Part shown: positions 46,749 through 56,200 of the stretch, piece after piece | Position numbering within the stretch: the stretch's first letter is position 1 | How the letters are laid out: each line of letters begins with the position of its first letter | Origin: Dehalococcoidia bacterium | GTDB taxonomy: Bacteria; Chloroflexota; Dehalococcoidia; Lucifugimonadales; JADFKI01 | Assembly (NCBI GenBank): GCA_965214635.1 | Contig: OZ243964.1 | Coordinates: 2,195,696-2,259,695, forward strand | Direction of reading: 5' to 3' | DNA: 64,000 bases | Notes under the pieces: model-generated | The model's database searches: none | What the model was told of the DNA's origin: nothing | Seen by the model: the letters and a program-made list of their open reading frames with translations, nothing else | Translations under genes and position numbers: made by a program

Positions 46749-46795
46749 TGTTTGTACTCGCTGGGCGAGCCTGACGGGGCAGCCCGACGAGCGGC

Positions 46796-46872
46796 GGGCG
46801 GTTAGCTCAGTTGGTTAGAGCGCTTGCTTCACACGCAAGAGGTCGCAGGTTCAAATCCTGCATCGCCCACCA
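46796..46872 (+). tRNA. tRNA-Val (anticodon CAC)
   Basis: 77 nt, GGGCGGTTAGCTCAGTTGGTTAGAGC..., anticodon loop TTCACAC, T-loop GGTTCAAATCC, encoded CCA. Confidence 0.9.
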
Positions 46873-46902
46873 CGCAGCGGCAGCATCGCCGCCGCAAACG
46901 AT

Positions 46903-46990
46903 GTGCCGAAGTGGCGGAACGGAAGACGCGCTACGTTCAGGGCGTAGTATCCTTACGGATGTGTGGGTTCAAATCCCTCCTTCGGCACCA
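46903..46990 (+). tRNA. tRNA-Leu (anticodon CAG)
   Basis: 88 nt class II tRNA, anticodon stem CTACG/CGTAG, loop TTCAGGG, long variable arm, encoded CCA. Confidence 0.9.
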
Positions 46991-47019
46991 ATAGACACAT
47001 ACCCCGTCGCATTAGATGC

Positions 47020-47096
47020 GCGCTTGTAGCTCAGTTGGATAGAGCGCAGCCCTGCGGAGGCTGAGGCCGTGGGTTCGAGTCCCGCCAAGCGCGCCA
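47020..47096 (+). tRNA. tRNA-Arg (anticodon GCG)
   Basis: 77 nt. Acceptor GCGCTTG/CAAGCGC, D-loop AGTTGGATA (A20), anticodon stem CAGCC/GGCTG, loop CTGCGGA, encoded GCCA end. Confidence 0.8.
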
Positions 47097-47153
47097 CTCC
47101 CCTTAAAAATACCGCACCCCACATACCGGGTGTGGCACATTTCCATATGCCCC

Positions 47154-47230
47154 GGGCGATTAGCTCAGACGGTTAGAGCGTCTGCTTTACACGCAGAAGG
47201 TCAGAGGTTCGAGTCCTCTATCGCCCACCA
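47154..47230 (+). tRNA. tRNA-Val (anticodon TAC)
   Basis: 77 nt, anticodon stem TCTGC/GCAGA, loop TTTACAC, T-loop GGTTCGAGTCC, encoded CCA. Confidence 0.9.
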
Positions 47231-47449
47231 CGATTGGGTTGGGAAAGACCGTCAGCTGCCCAGCCACTAGTCGGTCAAGACGCCCTACTCTGCGCTGACG
47301 CAGGCGGTGCGGTTAGGCATGAGAAGTGAGCAGGGTCAACACCTCCCCTCAGCCAGCAGCCAGCCTTCCTTCGATTAGCTATCGGCAGAGAACGCATGTT
47401 GAAGTGATAACGGCAATTAGCAATCCCAACAACCTCATTGCGCATTTAA

Positions 47450-47487
47450 GATGCAGCCCGGCGTACTGCTAGGCTGCATCTTCTTTT
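47450..47487 (+). terminator. rho-independent terminator (stem GATGCAGCC/GGCTGCATC, 13-nt loop, TTCTTTT tail)
   Basis: Perfect 9-bp stem followed by a T-rich run, 220 nt after the last tRNA and 92 nt before moxR. Confidence 0.65.
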
Positions 47488-47578
47488 AGCACTAACACAC
47501 AATCGCTGTTTTCAAGTATGATATGCACATAGGCTATGCTCGCCAAAGCACCGACAGACCTTTTTAGGAGACCGACCG

Positions 47579-48550
47579 TTGCAGCAGATTGAACATGCGC
47601 GGGGCATCGCGCAGCTTATTGTTGAAAACATCAAGCGCGTCATCATCGGCAAAGACCAAGCCATCGAACTCGGAGTCATCGCCCTGATGTGCCAAGGGCA
47701 CGCCCTCATAGAGGATGTCCCCGGCGTGGGCAAGACCATGCTCGCTCGGAGCATCGCCCGCTCCGCCGGCTGCACATTCAAGCGCATCCAGTTTACTCCC
47801 GACCTGCTTCCCACCGATGTAACCGGCGTCTCCATATTCAACCAGAAGTCCGGCGAGTTCGAGTTTCGCCAAGGCCCCATCATCGCTCAGATAGTCCTCG
47901 CCGACGAGGTGAACCGCGCCACTCCCAAAACCCAGTCCGCCACATTGGAGGCGATGGAAGAGCGCCAAGTAACCGTGGAGGGCGTTACGCACACCGTCCC
48001 GTCTCCGTTCATGGTCATGGCGACTCAGAACCCCATCGAGTACGAAGGCACATTCCCGCTGCCCGAAGCCCAGCTAGACCGCTTCTTCGTGATGATAACC
48101 CTCGGCTACCCGTCCATCGATGAGGAGATAGCCGTCATCGATGGCCAGCAGGCGGCGCACCCCATAGACACGCTGCAGCCGGTTGCCACCGCCGCCGAAG
48201 TGCTGGATATGCAAAATGCCACACGCGAAGTCTATGTGGACGACCTGATAAAGCAGTACATCGTTACCATCGTCAACGCCACACGCGACCACCCGGACAT
48301 AGCACTCGGCGCATCCCCGCGCGGCTCGCTGTTCCTGTTCCGCGCCGCACAAGCCCTCGCCCTCATCCGCGGGCGCGACTATGTGCTGCCCGACGATGTG
48401 AAGGAGCTTATCGTCCCGGTTATGCGCCACCGTATCATCATCAGCGCCGCCGCCCGTATGCGCGGCGTTACGCCCTCCGATGTGATGACCGCCGTTGCGG
48501 ACGACATCCCCGTCCCGGGTGCCCAAGCGCGCGGCTGGATAAGGAGTTAG
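47579..48550 (+). CDS. MoxR-family AAA+ ATPase
   Basis: Walker [10 protein letters not shown], Walker B LADEVNR, MoxR-type C-terminal lid. TTG start with AGGAG SD 8 nt upstream. Confidence 0.9.
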   Translation: MQQIEHARGIAQLIVENIKRVIIGKDQAIELGVIALMCQGHALIEDVPGVGKTMLARSIARSAGCTFKRIQFTPDLLPTDVTGVSIFNQKSGEFEFRQGPIIAQIVLADEVNRATPKTQSATLEAMEERQVTVEGVTHTVPSPFMVMATQNPIEYEGTFPLPEAQLDRFFVMITLGYPSIDEEIAVIDGQQAAHPIDTLQPVATAAEVLDMQNATREVYVDDLIKQYIVTIVNATRDHPDIALGASPRGSLFLFRAAQALALIRGRDYVLPDDVKELIVPVMRHRIIISAAARMRGVTPSDVMTAVADDIPVPGAQARGWIRS

Positions 48551-48701
48551 CGCCATCTTCACTTCGAAACTCTTCCTGAGGAAGCGCTTCTACTTAGTCA
48601 TTGCGCTTGCCGCCATATCTGCGCTGACTGGTGCGGCCACCGGATTTGGGCTGTTCTATCGTCTGTCATACATCCTGCTGCTGACGCTCGTCTTCGGCTT
48701 C

Positions 48702-49823
48702 GTGTGGAATCTGCTGAGCCTGCGCGCGCTCGAAGTGGGCGTGGATCGGCGCGCACGGCGCGTGCGCGTGGGCGATGATGTGGAAGAGCGCATCACCATC
48801 CGCAACGAGAACGCCATGCCCAAGCCCACGCTCGAGGTGGAAGACCTGACCGACCTGCCGGGCTATTCGAGCGGGATGGCGGTCAGCCTGCAAGGCAAGG
48901 GCTTTCGCTCGTGGCGCACCCTGACGCCCGCCCGCACACGCGGCGTGTACACGATGGGGCCTGTCCGCGTGTCTAACACCGACGCCTTTGGCATCTTCGA
49001 GCGCGAGCGCTTCTTCTGCGGCACAGAGCAGATCATCGTCTATCCGCGCACACACAACATCCCTGAATTCGCCATTCCCGCCGCCGACCTTTCCGGCGAA
49101 AGCACCACGCGCCGCCGCTCCCACGACCTCACCCCGCACGCATCCAGCGTCCGTGAGTACGCATTCGGCGACAGCATCAGCCGCGTCCACTGGGGCAGCA
49201 CCGCCAAGCTCGGTAAGCTCATGTCCAAAGAGTTCGACCTCGGCCAGTCCAGCGATGTGTGGGTGCTGATAGACCTGCACCGCGATGTGCAAGCCGGCGA
49301 ACTTGATGAGAGCACCGACGAGTACGCCGTGTCCATCGGGGCGTCGCTCTTCCGCAAGTACATCGACGCAGGTCTGCCGGTGGGCTTGCTTTCGCAGGGC
49401 GACCGCCGCTACTTCCTGCCTGCGGACACCGGCATGGGGCAGTTCGACCGCGCCCTCGAGTTCCTCGCCCTGAGCAAGGCGGACGGCGTCATCCCGCTGG
49501 AAGCGCTGCTCCCGGAGGAAGAGCAGCTCTGGGGCTACCACAGCTCGCTCATCGTCATCACGCCGTCCAACCGCCCCGAATGGGTAACCGCCCTGCGAGA
49601 GCTGACGCGCCGCCGCGTCCGTGTGGCGGTCGTGCTGCTGGACGGGGCATCGTTCGGCGGCTTCTTCAACAGTGTGGATGTCATACCCGAGTTATACCTA
49701 TCCGGCATACCCCCTTATCTAATCCGCAAGGGCGATGACATCCCCGTCGCGCTGAGCCGTGTTCACACCGTACCAGACTTGCACGAACCCGACCGTCCCA
49801 CCGCAGCAGAGGTGCGAGTATGA
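48702..49823 (+). CDS. DUF58-domain protein (MoxR-associated, vWA-like)
   Basis: DUF58 signature VREYAFGDSISRVHWGSTAK. The same frame is open from 48543 and encodes two TM helices upstream of the first canonical start (see finding). Confidence 0.8.
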   Translation: MWNLLSLRALEVGVDRRARRVRVGDDVEERITIRNENAMPKPTLEVEDLTDLPGYSSGMAVSLQGKGFRSWRTLTPARTRGVYTMGPVRVSNTDAFGIFERERFFCGTEQIIVYPRTHNIPEFAIPAADLSGESTTRRRSHDLTPHASSVREYAFGDSISRVHWGSTAKLGKLMSKEFDLGQSSDVWVLIDLHRDVQAGELDESTDEYAVSIGASLFRKYIDAGLPVGLLSQGDRRYFLPADTGMGQFDRALEFLALSKADGVIPLEALLPEEEQLWGYHSSLIVITPSNRPEWVTALRELTRRRVRVAVVLLDGASFGGFFNSVDVIPELYLSGIPPYLIRKGDDIPVALSRVHTVPDLHEPDRPTAAEVRV

Positions 49824-52441
49824 CATCCCGCAGTGCTACCGCCATTTCGACCATCATCCCGCCGCGCCAAGTGTCAGCGCCGCGCGACCGCCATCCCCTG
49901 CTCCGCCTGTACGACCGCTTCAGCCCGCAGCAGGGTTGGAGTTCGTTCGTCATCCTGCTCGCCGCCCTGATGACCGTCGGCATCTCCCTTGACGATGGTA
50001 ACTGGGTGCCCACACCCGGCCTGTCCTACATACTTTTTGGGTCGGCTGTTGTAGGGCTTGCGCTAGCAAAGATTCGCATCCACTGGGCGTTCATTGCGGC
50101 GCTGTTCCCCGTGGGGCTTGCGGTCGGCGCAGCGGCGGTGATATGGCAGGGTGTCTCCCAAGCCGACGCCGAAACACTGCGTGAAGCCCTCCCCGAGATG
50201 TGGAGCAGGCTGGCAGTATGGTACGAAGCCGCCACCTCCGACGGCATATCCACCGACCTGCTGCCGTTCACCCTTGCGCTGCTCGCTATGGCGTGGGTCA
50301 TCGGCTACACAAGCTCGTTCTTCCTGTTTCGCGCCAACAACGCTTGGGTAACCGTGGTGATGGGCGGCATGGCAATCCTGACGAACCTGAGCTTCCTGCC
50401 CCCGGCGCTGAACTACTCGTCCAAGTTCTTCCTCTTCACGCTGCTTGCGATGCTGCTAATCGTGCGGATGAGCGTGGTGCAAAGCGAGACATCTTGGCGG
50501 CTGCGAGGTATCCGCTTCGAGATGGTCAACGGCTGGCTGACGATGCACGCCGCCATATGGTTTGCGCTCGCCGTGATGGTGCTGGCGGCGCTGCTCCCCC
50601 TGCGCGTCTATGTGTCCCATGAGCTTGCGTCGTTGTGGAACACAGCGCGCACGCCCATAACCGGCTTGGAGGAAGAGTTCTCGCGCCTGCTCGCTGGCGT
50701 CCAATCCCGCAAGAATCTGCCGGGGCGCTTCTTCGGCACGACATTGCCGTTCATCGGCGCAATATCGTTCGGCGGCGAGGTGGTGTTCTGGGCGAATACC
50801 ACATACCCATCCTACTGGCTGTCCAACACCTACACCGAATACACCCCGCAGGGCTGGAAGGCGGGCGAAACCACCCGCATAGAGGTCGGCCCCAACACAA
50901 TCCCGCCCCCGCGCCCCGACTGGCTGGAGCGCGTGTCGGTCGAGCAGACCGTTCAGCTGGACTTTGCTTCCGACAGCTTCCTCGCCGGCGGCAGCCTAGA
51001 TTGGCTCAGCCATGACGCCGTGGTAGAGACGCTCAAGCCCAAGCAGTTCACCATATCCATGCAGTCGGACGAAGCCGACGCCGAACTTCCGCCCGACATA
51101 CAAGACCTCGCCGCAGACCTCCGCGAAGCCGGCAACGCACTCCCGCAGCGCTTCCCCGACGCATACATATCCCGAATGCTGCCCAGCGACATCGCGCTCA
51201 ACGGCATACAGTTCGCTCCCAATCCGAACGACCCGCAGAGCGCAGCGCTCATCTTGGAGAGCGTTACCGTCGAGCGCAAGGGCACGGTTACCCCCGAAAT
51301 CGTGTCTTGGAAGTTCGCAGAGCGCCTGCAAGAGAATCATCCCTACACGATGGTGTCGTATGTGTCGCTTGCCACAGATGATGACCTGCGCCAAGCGAGC
51401 ACCGAGTACAGCACATTCATCACCGACCACTATCTGCAACTGCCGTCATCGCTGCCGCAGCGCGTCCGCGACAAGGCTGCCGAGCTTACCCAAAATGCGA
51501 ACACCCCTCTGGACAAGGCGAACGCCATCGCCGAGTATCTCCGCAGCGAAGAGTTCACCTACTCGCAGGACATAGATGCGCCCCCACGCGACGCAGATGG
51601 CGTGGACTACTTCCTCTTCGAAACGAAGACCGGATACAGCGACTACTTCGCATCGTCTATGGTGGTGATGCTGCGCGCAGTGGGCGTGCCGGCGCGCCTC
51701 GCTGCGGGATACGCCCCCGGCGAGTTCAACGAGGAACACGGCGTCCGTATCGTGCGCGACAATGACAGCCACGGCTGGGCGCAGGTCTTCTTCCCTGAGT
51801 ATGGGTGGATAGACTTCGAGCCGACCCCGCAATGGCCCATGCATGAGCGTAACATGACCACCGGTTCCGGCTTTGACCCATCATCCGTAGAGGGGCTGTC
51901 TGGCGTGTCCGGCGGGGAGGAAGACTTCCTCGACCCGTTCGACGAAATCGGCATACCGGGTCTAGGCGCACTGGGCGGCGCAAACACTCCCGGTGGGGGC
52001 ATCACCGTCGCTGACCTGCTGCCTGTGGCACGGCAAATAGGAATCGTTCTCGCTGTCGCTGGCGTCATATGGCTGCTGCTGCTGTGGCTTTGGAACATGG
52101 GATTGCGCAGCCTCACCCCCGTCGAGCGCGCCTATGCCAAGATGAACCGGCTCGGCGTACTCGCAGGCATGCGTCGCCGCGCCGACCAGACCCCGCACGA
52201 GTACGCCGCCGCGCTGTCTGCCGTACTGGGCGAAGCCGGCGCCGCAGCCCACCGCATCGCATCCACATTCGCCGCTGCTCGCTATGCGCCAGCGCACCCG
52301 GACGCCGACCGAGCCGAACCTGACGCTGACCAAGCCGACGCCATGGAACAAGACTGGCGCACAATCCGCGGTCCGCTAGCCGTCCGCGCCCTCAAACGCC
52401 TGCTCCCCGGCGGCAACCCGCCCATCCCAGCCGACAGGTAG
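49820..52441 (+). CDS. transglutaminase-like membrane protein (TgpA-like: N-terminal polytopic region, TGase core, C-terminal TM + DUF4129-like tail)
   Basis: ATGA overlap with the DUF58 gene. About 6 N-terminal TM helices. Core GYSDYFASSMVVMLRAVGVPARLAAGY...DSHGWAQVFFPEYGWIDFEPT. Confidence 0.8.
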   Translation: MTSRSATAISTIIPPRQVSAPRDRHPLLRLYDRFSPQQGWSSFVILLAALMTVGISLDDGNWVPTPGLSYILFGSAVVGLALAKIRIHWAFIAALFPVGLAVGAAAVIWQGVSQADAETLREALPEMWSRLAVWYEAATSDGISTDLLPFTLALLAMAWVIGYTSSFFLFRANNAWVTVVMGGMAILTNLSFLPPALNYSSKFFLFTLLAMLLIVRMSVVQSETSWRLRGIRFEMVNGWLTMHAAIWFALAVMVLAALLPLRVYVSHELASLWNTARTPITGLEEEFSRLLAGVQSRKNLPGRFFGTTLPFIGAISFGGEVVFWANTTYPSYWLSNTYTEYTPQGWKAGETTRIEVGPNTIPPPRPDWLERVSVEQTVQLDFASDSFLAGGSLDWLSHDAVVETLKPKQFTISMQSDEADAELPPDIQDLAADLREAGNALPQRFPDAYISRMLPSDIALNGIQFAPNPNDPQSAALILESVTVERKGTVTPEIVSWKFAERLQENHPYTMVSYVSLATDDDLRQASTEYSTFITDHYLQLPSSLPQRVRDKAAELTQNANTPLDKANAIAEYLRSEEFTYSQDIDAPPRDADGVDYFLFETKTGYSDYFASSMVVMLRAVGVPARLAAGYAPGEFNEEHGVRIVRDNDSHGWAQVFFPEYGWIDFEPTPQWPMHERNMTTGSGFDPSSVEGLSGVSGGEEDFLDPFDEIGIPGLGALGGANTPGGGITVADLLPVARQIGIVLAVAGVIWLLLLWLWNMGLRSLTPVERAYAKMNRLGVLAGMRRRADQTPHEYAAALSAVLGEAGAAAHRIASTFAAARYAPAHPDADRAEPDADQADAMEQDWRTIRGPLAVRALKRLLPGGNPPIPADR

Positions 52442-52598
52442 CACACGCCCCAAAATCCCCGTCGCATCGCAGGGTAGCGGATTGATAATACCGAGTGCGG
52501 AGAGCCGTTTACATTTCGGGTGCATTGTGGATAGCATAAATGTGCGTGAAGCCGCGCCATAGAAGCACGCACACTTGTGAACATTCGGAGGATGACAG

Positions 52599-53105
52599 AT
52601 GCCCAACCTGTACTATGACATATTCGAGACGCCCGCCGGCTGGATGGGCGTTGTGGCGTCAGAGCGTGGTCTCCGCCGCACCACGCTTCCGCAATCCACT
52701 CCGGAAGAGTGCTTCGAGCAGCTCGGTGCATACATAGACGACGCAGCGCCCGATGCGGCGCGCTTCGGCACGCTCAAGGGCAAGCTGACGCGCTACTTCG
52801 ACGGCGCCGAGATTAGCTTCGCTGACGAACCCATAGATGTGAACGACGCATCCCCGTTCCACCAAGCCGCATGGCAGGCTTGTCGCACCATCCCCAAGGG
52901 CGAAACCCGCACCTACAAGTGGCTGGCAGCGCAGGCGGGCAACCCCCTAGCCCCGCGCGCCGCTGGTCAAGCGATGGCGCGAAATCGCCTCGCCATCATC
53001 ATCCCCTGCCATCGCGTCATTGCGAGCGACGGCAGCCTGCGCGGCTACGGCAAAGGCACATCGCGCCTAGACCTGAAACAGCGCCTGCTAGACCTAGAAC
53101 GCTAG
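52599..53105 (+). CDS. ogt: methylated-DNA--protein-cysteine methyltransferase
   Basis: Active-site IPCHRVI, and the NRLAIIIPCHRVIASDGSLRGYG motif. GGAGGA SD. Confidence 0.85.
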   Translation: MPNLYYDIFETPAGWMGVVASERGLRRTTLPQSTPEECFEQLGAYIDDAAPDAARFGTLKGKLTRYFDGAEISFADEPIDVNDASPFHQAAWQACRTIPKGETRTYKWLAAQAGNPLAPRAAGQAMARNRLAIIIPCHRVIASDGSLRGYGKGTSRLDLKQRLLDLER

Positions 53106-53234
53106 ACGGTGGCGTACACCCCACGGCGGCGCTGGTATTGTCGAGTTCCCAAGCATCGTCGAACTGGATAGAGCCAACCAGCGCATCATACCCTCAAACC
53201 CGTTATGGCAGGGGTGTCTATGCCAAATCCCCGT

Positions 53235-56200
53235 TTAACTGCTCAAATAAGCGTCGCCGGCCGCTCCTAGCAGTTGCCTAAGCTCGTCCACCATGCTCTC
53301 ACTCGCATCGACGCGTATCACGGGCCACTCCATCGTTACGATGCGCCCATCCGTCGCAATCTCAAGCGTAACCTCGCTTTCGCCTTGATGCTCAACGAGC
53401 ACGCTCTTGACATCCATCAGCAAGCGTCCGTCCGAGTTGGTGTTGGTCTCACGCAGCCGCAGTGTCAGATGCCTCGCACCGTTGCCGTTCACCGGGCTTG
53501 ATGGCAAGGCACTGCCGTTCTGCGCTGTAACGGGCGATTTTGGCAGGGACGGGGATTTGTGCGCTTGCGGCTGCGGGTCGCTGCTGTTCGCTGGGCTTGA
53601 TGGCAATCCGTTGCCGTTCTGCGCTGTAACGGGTGATTTTGGCAGGGAAGGGGATTTGTGCGCTTGTTGCTGCGGGTCGCCGCCGTTCACCGGGCTTGAT
53701 GGCAAGGCATTGCCGTTCTGCGCTGTAACGGGCGATTTTGGCAGGGACGGGGACTTGCGCGCTTGCTGCTGTGGGTCGCCGCCGTTCACCGGGCTTGACG
53801 GCAAGTCGCTGCCGTTGTGCGCTGTAACGGGCGATTTTGGCAGCACGGTTGACGATATTGCATCCACGCTTGCAGCCGTTGCTGCGCCTGTGCTGTCTGT
53901 GTCCCACGGCGGCGCATCTTCGGCATCGCCAACTGCGGCGGGTGCTTTTGTTCGCTGAGGCTGCTGTGCCGTCGCATCGGGCGCATACGCCACGCTCGGC
54001 TCTTGCACAGACGCCGTGCCGTTGACCCTAGCCGTCTCGGCACTTGCGTTCGCGCTGGGCGTGGTCGTTGCCGGCGGCAGTGTTACCTCTTCGGCGTCCA
54101 AGCAGCTCAGGCTGAGCTGGTCGTCGCGCGCTCGCACCGTGGCGGTTACGGCAATCAGCTTGCCGTCCACCCACGCAGCCTGCGTTTCTTGCCACTTGTC
54201 GTCCCAGATGAACACCTCCATCGTGCCGTCCATCAGCGTCAGCGTTGCGATGGCGTAGGGCTTGTTCTCACGCGTGTATCGCTGGGACACATCGGACACC
54301 AGCCCGGTAACCTTCACCCGCTTGCCCGCCATGTCCACATCCAAGTCTTTGAGCATCACGATGTACTCTGACTTGCCGCGCTGCGCCAGCAGGTCTAGCA
54401 GCGTGTTGTTGGATGTGGACATGCCCAGCAGTTCCTGTTCCCACTGCCCCTTCTGCGCATCCGAAGTGTGCTTGTCGGGGATGTCGATGCTCACCAGTTC
54501 GGTGGGCATCGACGCCCCCATCATGTCGAACATGGACGCCTGCTGCGAGTTCTGACGGCTCGCCTCGCTCTGCGCCAGCGTCAGGATGCGTTCCATCACA
54601 TCGAGCAAGCCGGAGCGGTCGCCGAAGTCGTCCAGTGCGCCGCACCGAATCAGGCTTTCCAGCGTCTTCTTGCCCACGGCGCCTATGTCCCCGGATTGGC
54701 ACAGATTCTCTATGGTGTCGAACCCGCCGTGCTTTCTGCTCGCATTTACGAGCGGAGCAACTGCCGCCTCGCCCACATTCTTTATCCCCGACAGCCCAAT
54801 GCGGATACCCTCGTGCCCGTCGGGTGTGGTTTCTATGGAGTAGTCCACATCGCTCTTGTTCACGCTGGGCGGCAGCACGGGTATGTCCAGCCTGCGGCAC
54901 TCGGCAATTGCTGCGACAATCTTGTCGGCGCTGCCCTTGAATGAGTTGAGCAGCGCCACCATGTACTCGGCGGTGAAGTTGGCTTTTAGGTACGCCGTCC
55001 AATAGGAAATAAGCCCGTAGCTGACGCTGTGCGCCTTGTTGAAGGCGTATCCTGCGAACGGCTCGATGAGCGCAAATATTTGCTCTGCCATCGGCTGCGA
55101 GTAGCCCTGCTCCAGCGCTCCGGTGATGAACCGCTCGCGCTCTTCTGCCATGATCTCCGGGATCTTCTTGCCCATCGCCTTGCGCACGATGTCGGCTTCG
55201 CCCAGCGTGTAGCCGGCGAATGTGCGCGCTATCTGCAACACCTGATCCTGATACACGATGACGCCGTAAGTTTCTTCCAGAATGTCCTTGAGTGCTGGGT
55301 GCGGATAGTTCGGCTGGGTGCGGCCGTGCTTGGAGTCGATGAATGTGCTGATGTGGTCCATAGGCCCTGGGCGGTAGAGCGCAATCATCGCTGCGACATC
55401 ACCAAGCGAACTTGGTTTCAGCTCTTTGATGTAGCGGGTCATCCCCGAGCCTTCCATCTGGAACACGCCCACTGTGTCCCCGCGCGAGAGCAGCGCGAAT
55501 GTGTTGCCGTCATCCAGCGGTATGTCGGTGAGGCTGAATCGCTGCCCACGCGTGTGCGCTATGAGGTTGCGTGCGCGAGCGAGTATGGCGAGGTTGGACA
55601 GCCCGAGGAAGTCCATCTTCAGCAATCCGAGGTCGGCGCACGGCTCCATTGCGTACTGCGTCATTGCGACGCCTGTGCCGTCGTCGCTGCCACGCGTCGG
55701 GCGCTGGAGCGGCACGATGTCCGTCAGCGGCTCTTGCGAAATCACCACTGCGGCGGCGTGCGTGCTGGTGTGGCGTGTCAGCCCTTCCAGCCCGATGGCG
55801 GTGTCCACGAGGTTGCGGGTGCCATCCCCATCGCCGGCGTCGTAGGCTTCCTTCATCTCCGGGTTCTGTTCTATGGCGTCCGTAATCGTGATGCCCAAGC
55901 GGGTGGGGACAAGGCGCGCCACCCGGTCCACATCGCCGTAGGGCATTGCGAGGGCGCGGCCGGAGTCTCGGATTGCCGCCTTCGCCCCGAATGTGCCGAA
56001 GGTGATTATCTGTGCCACATGCTCTCTGCCGTACTTGTCCACCACATAGTTGATGACCTCTTCGCGGCGGTCGTCTTGGAAGTCCATGTCGATGTCTGGC
56101 ATCTCTTTGCGCTCCACATTGAGGAAGCGCTCGAAGACTAGGCGATACGGCAGCGGGTTCACATCGGTAACGCCTAGGCAGTACAGCACGAGGCTTGCGG

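Noticed and set aside
47231-47450. Checked whether the post-tRNA region is SRP (4.5S) RNA, tmRNA or 6S RNA.
   Set aside because: No GGAAGCAGCC-type SRP domain IV motif, no tRNA-like acceptor end or tag ORF for tmRNA, and no 6S-like long bulged helix visible. Left only as a generic sRNA or trailer candidate.
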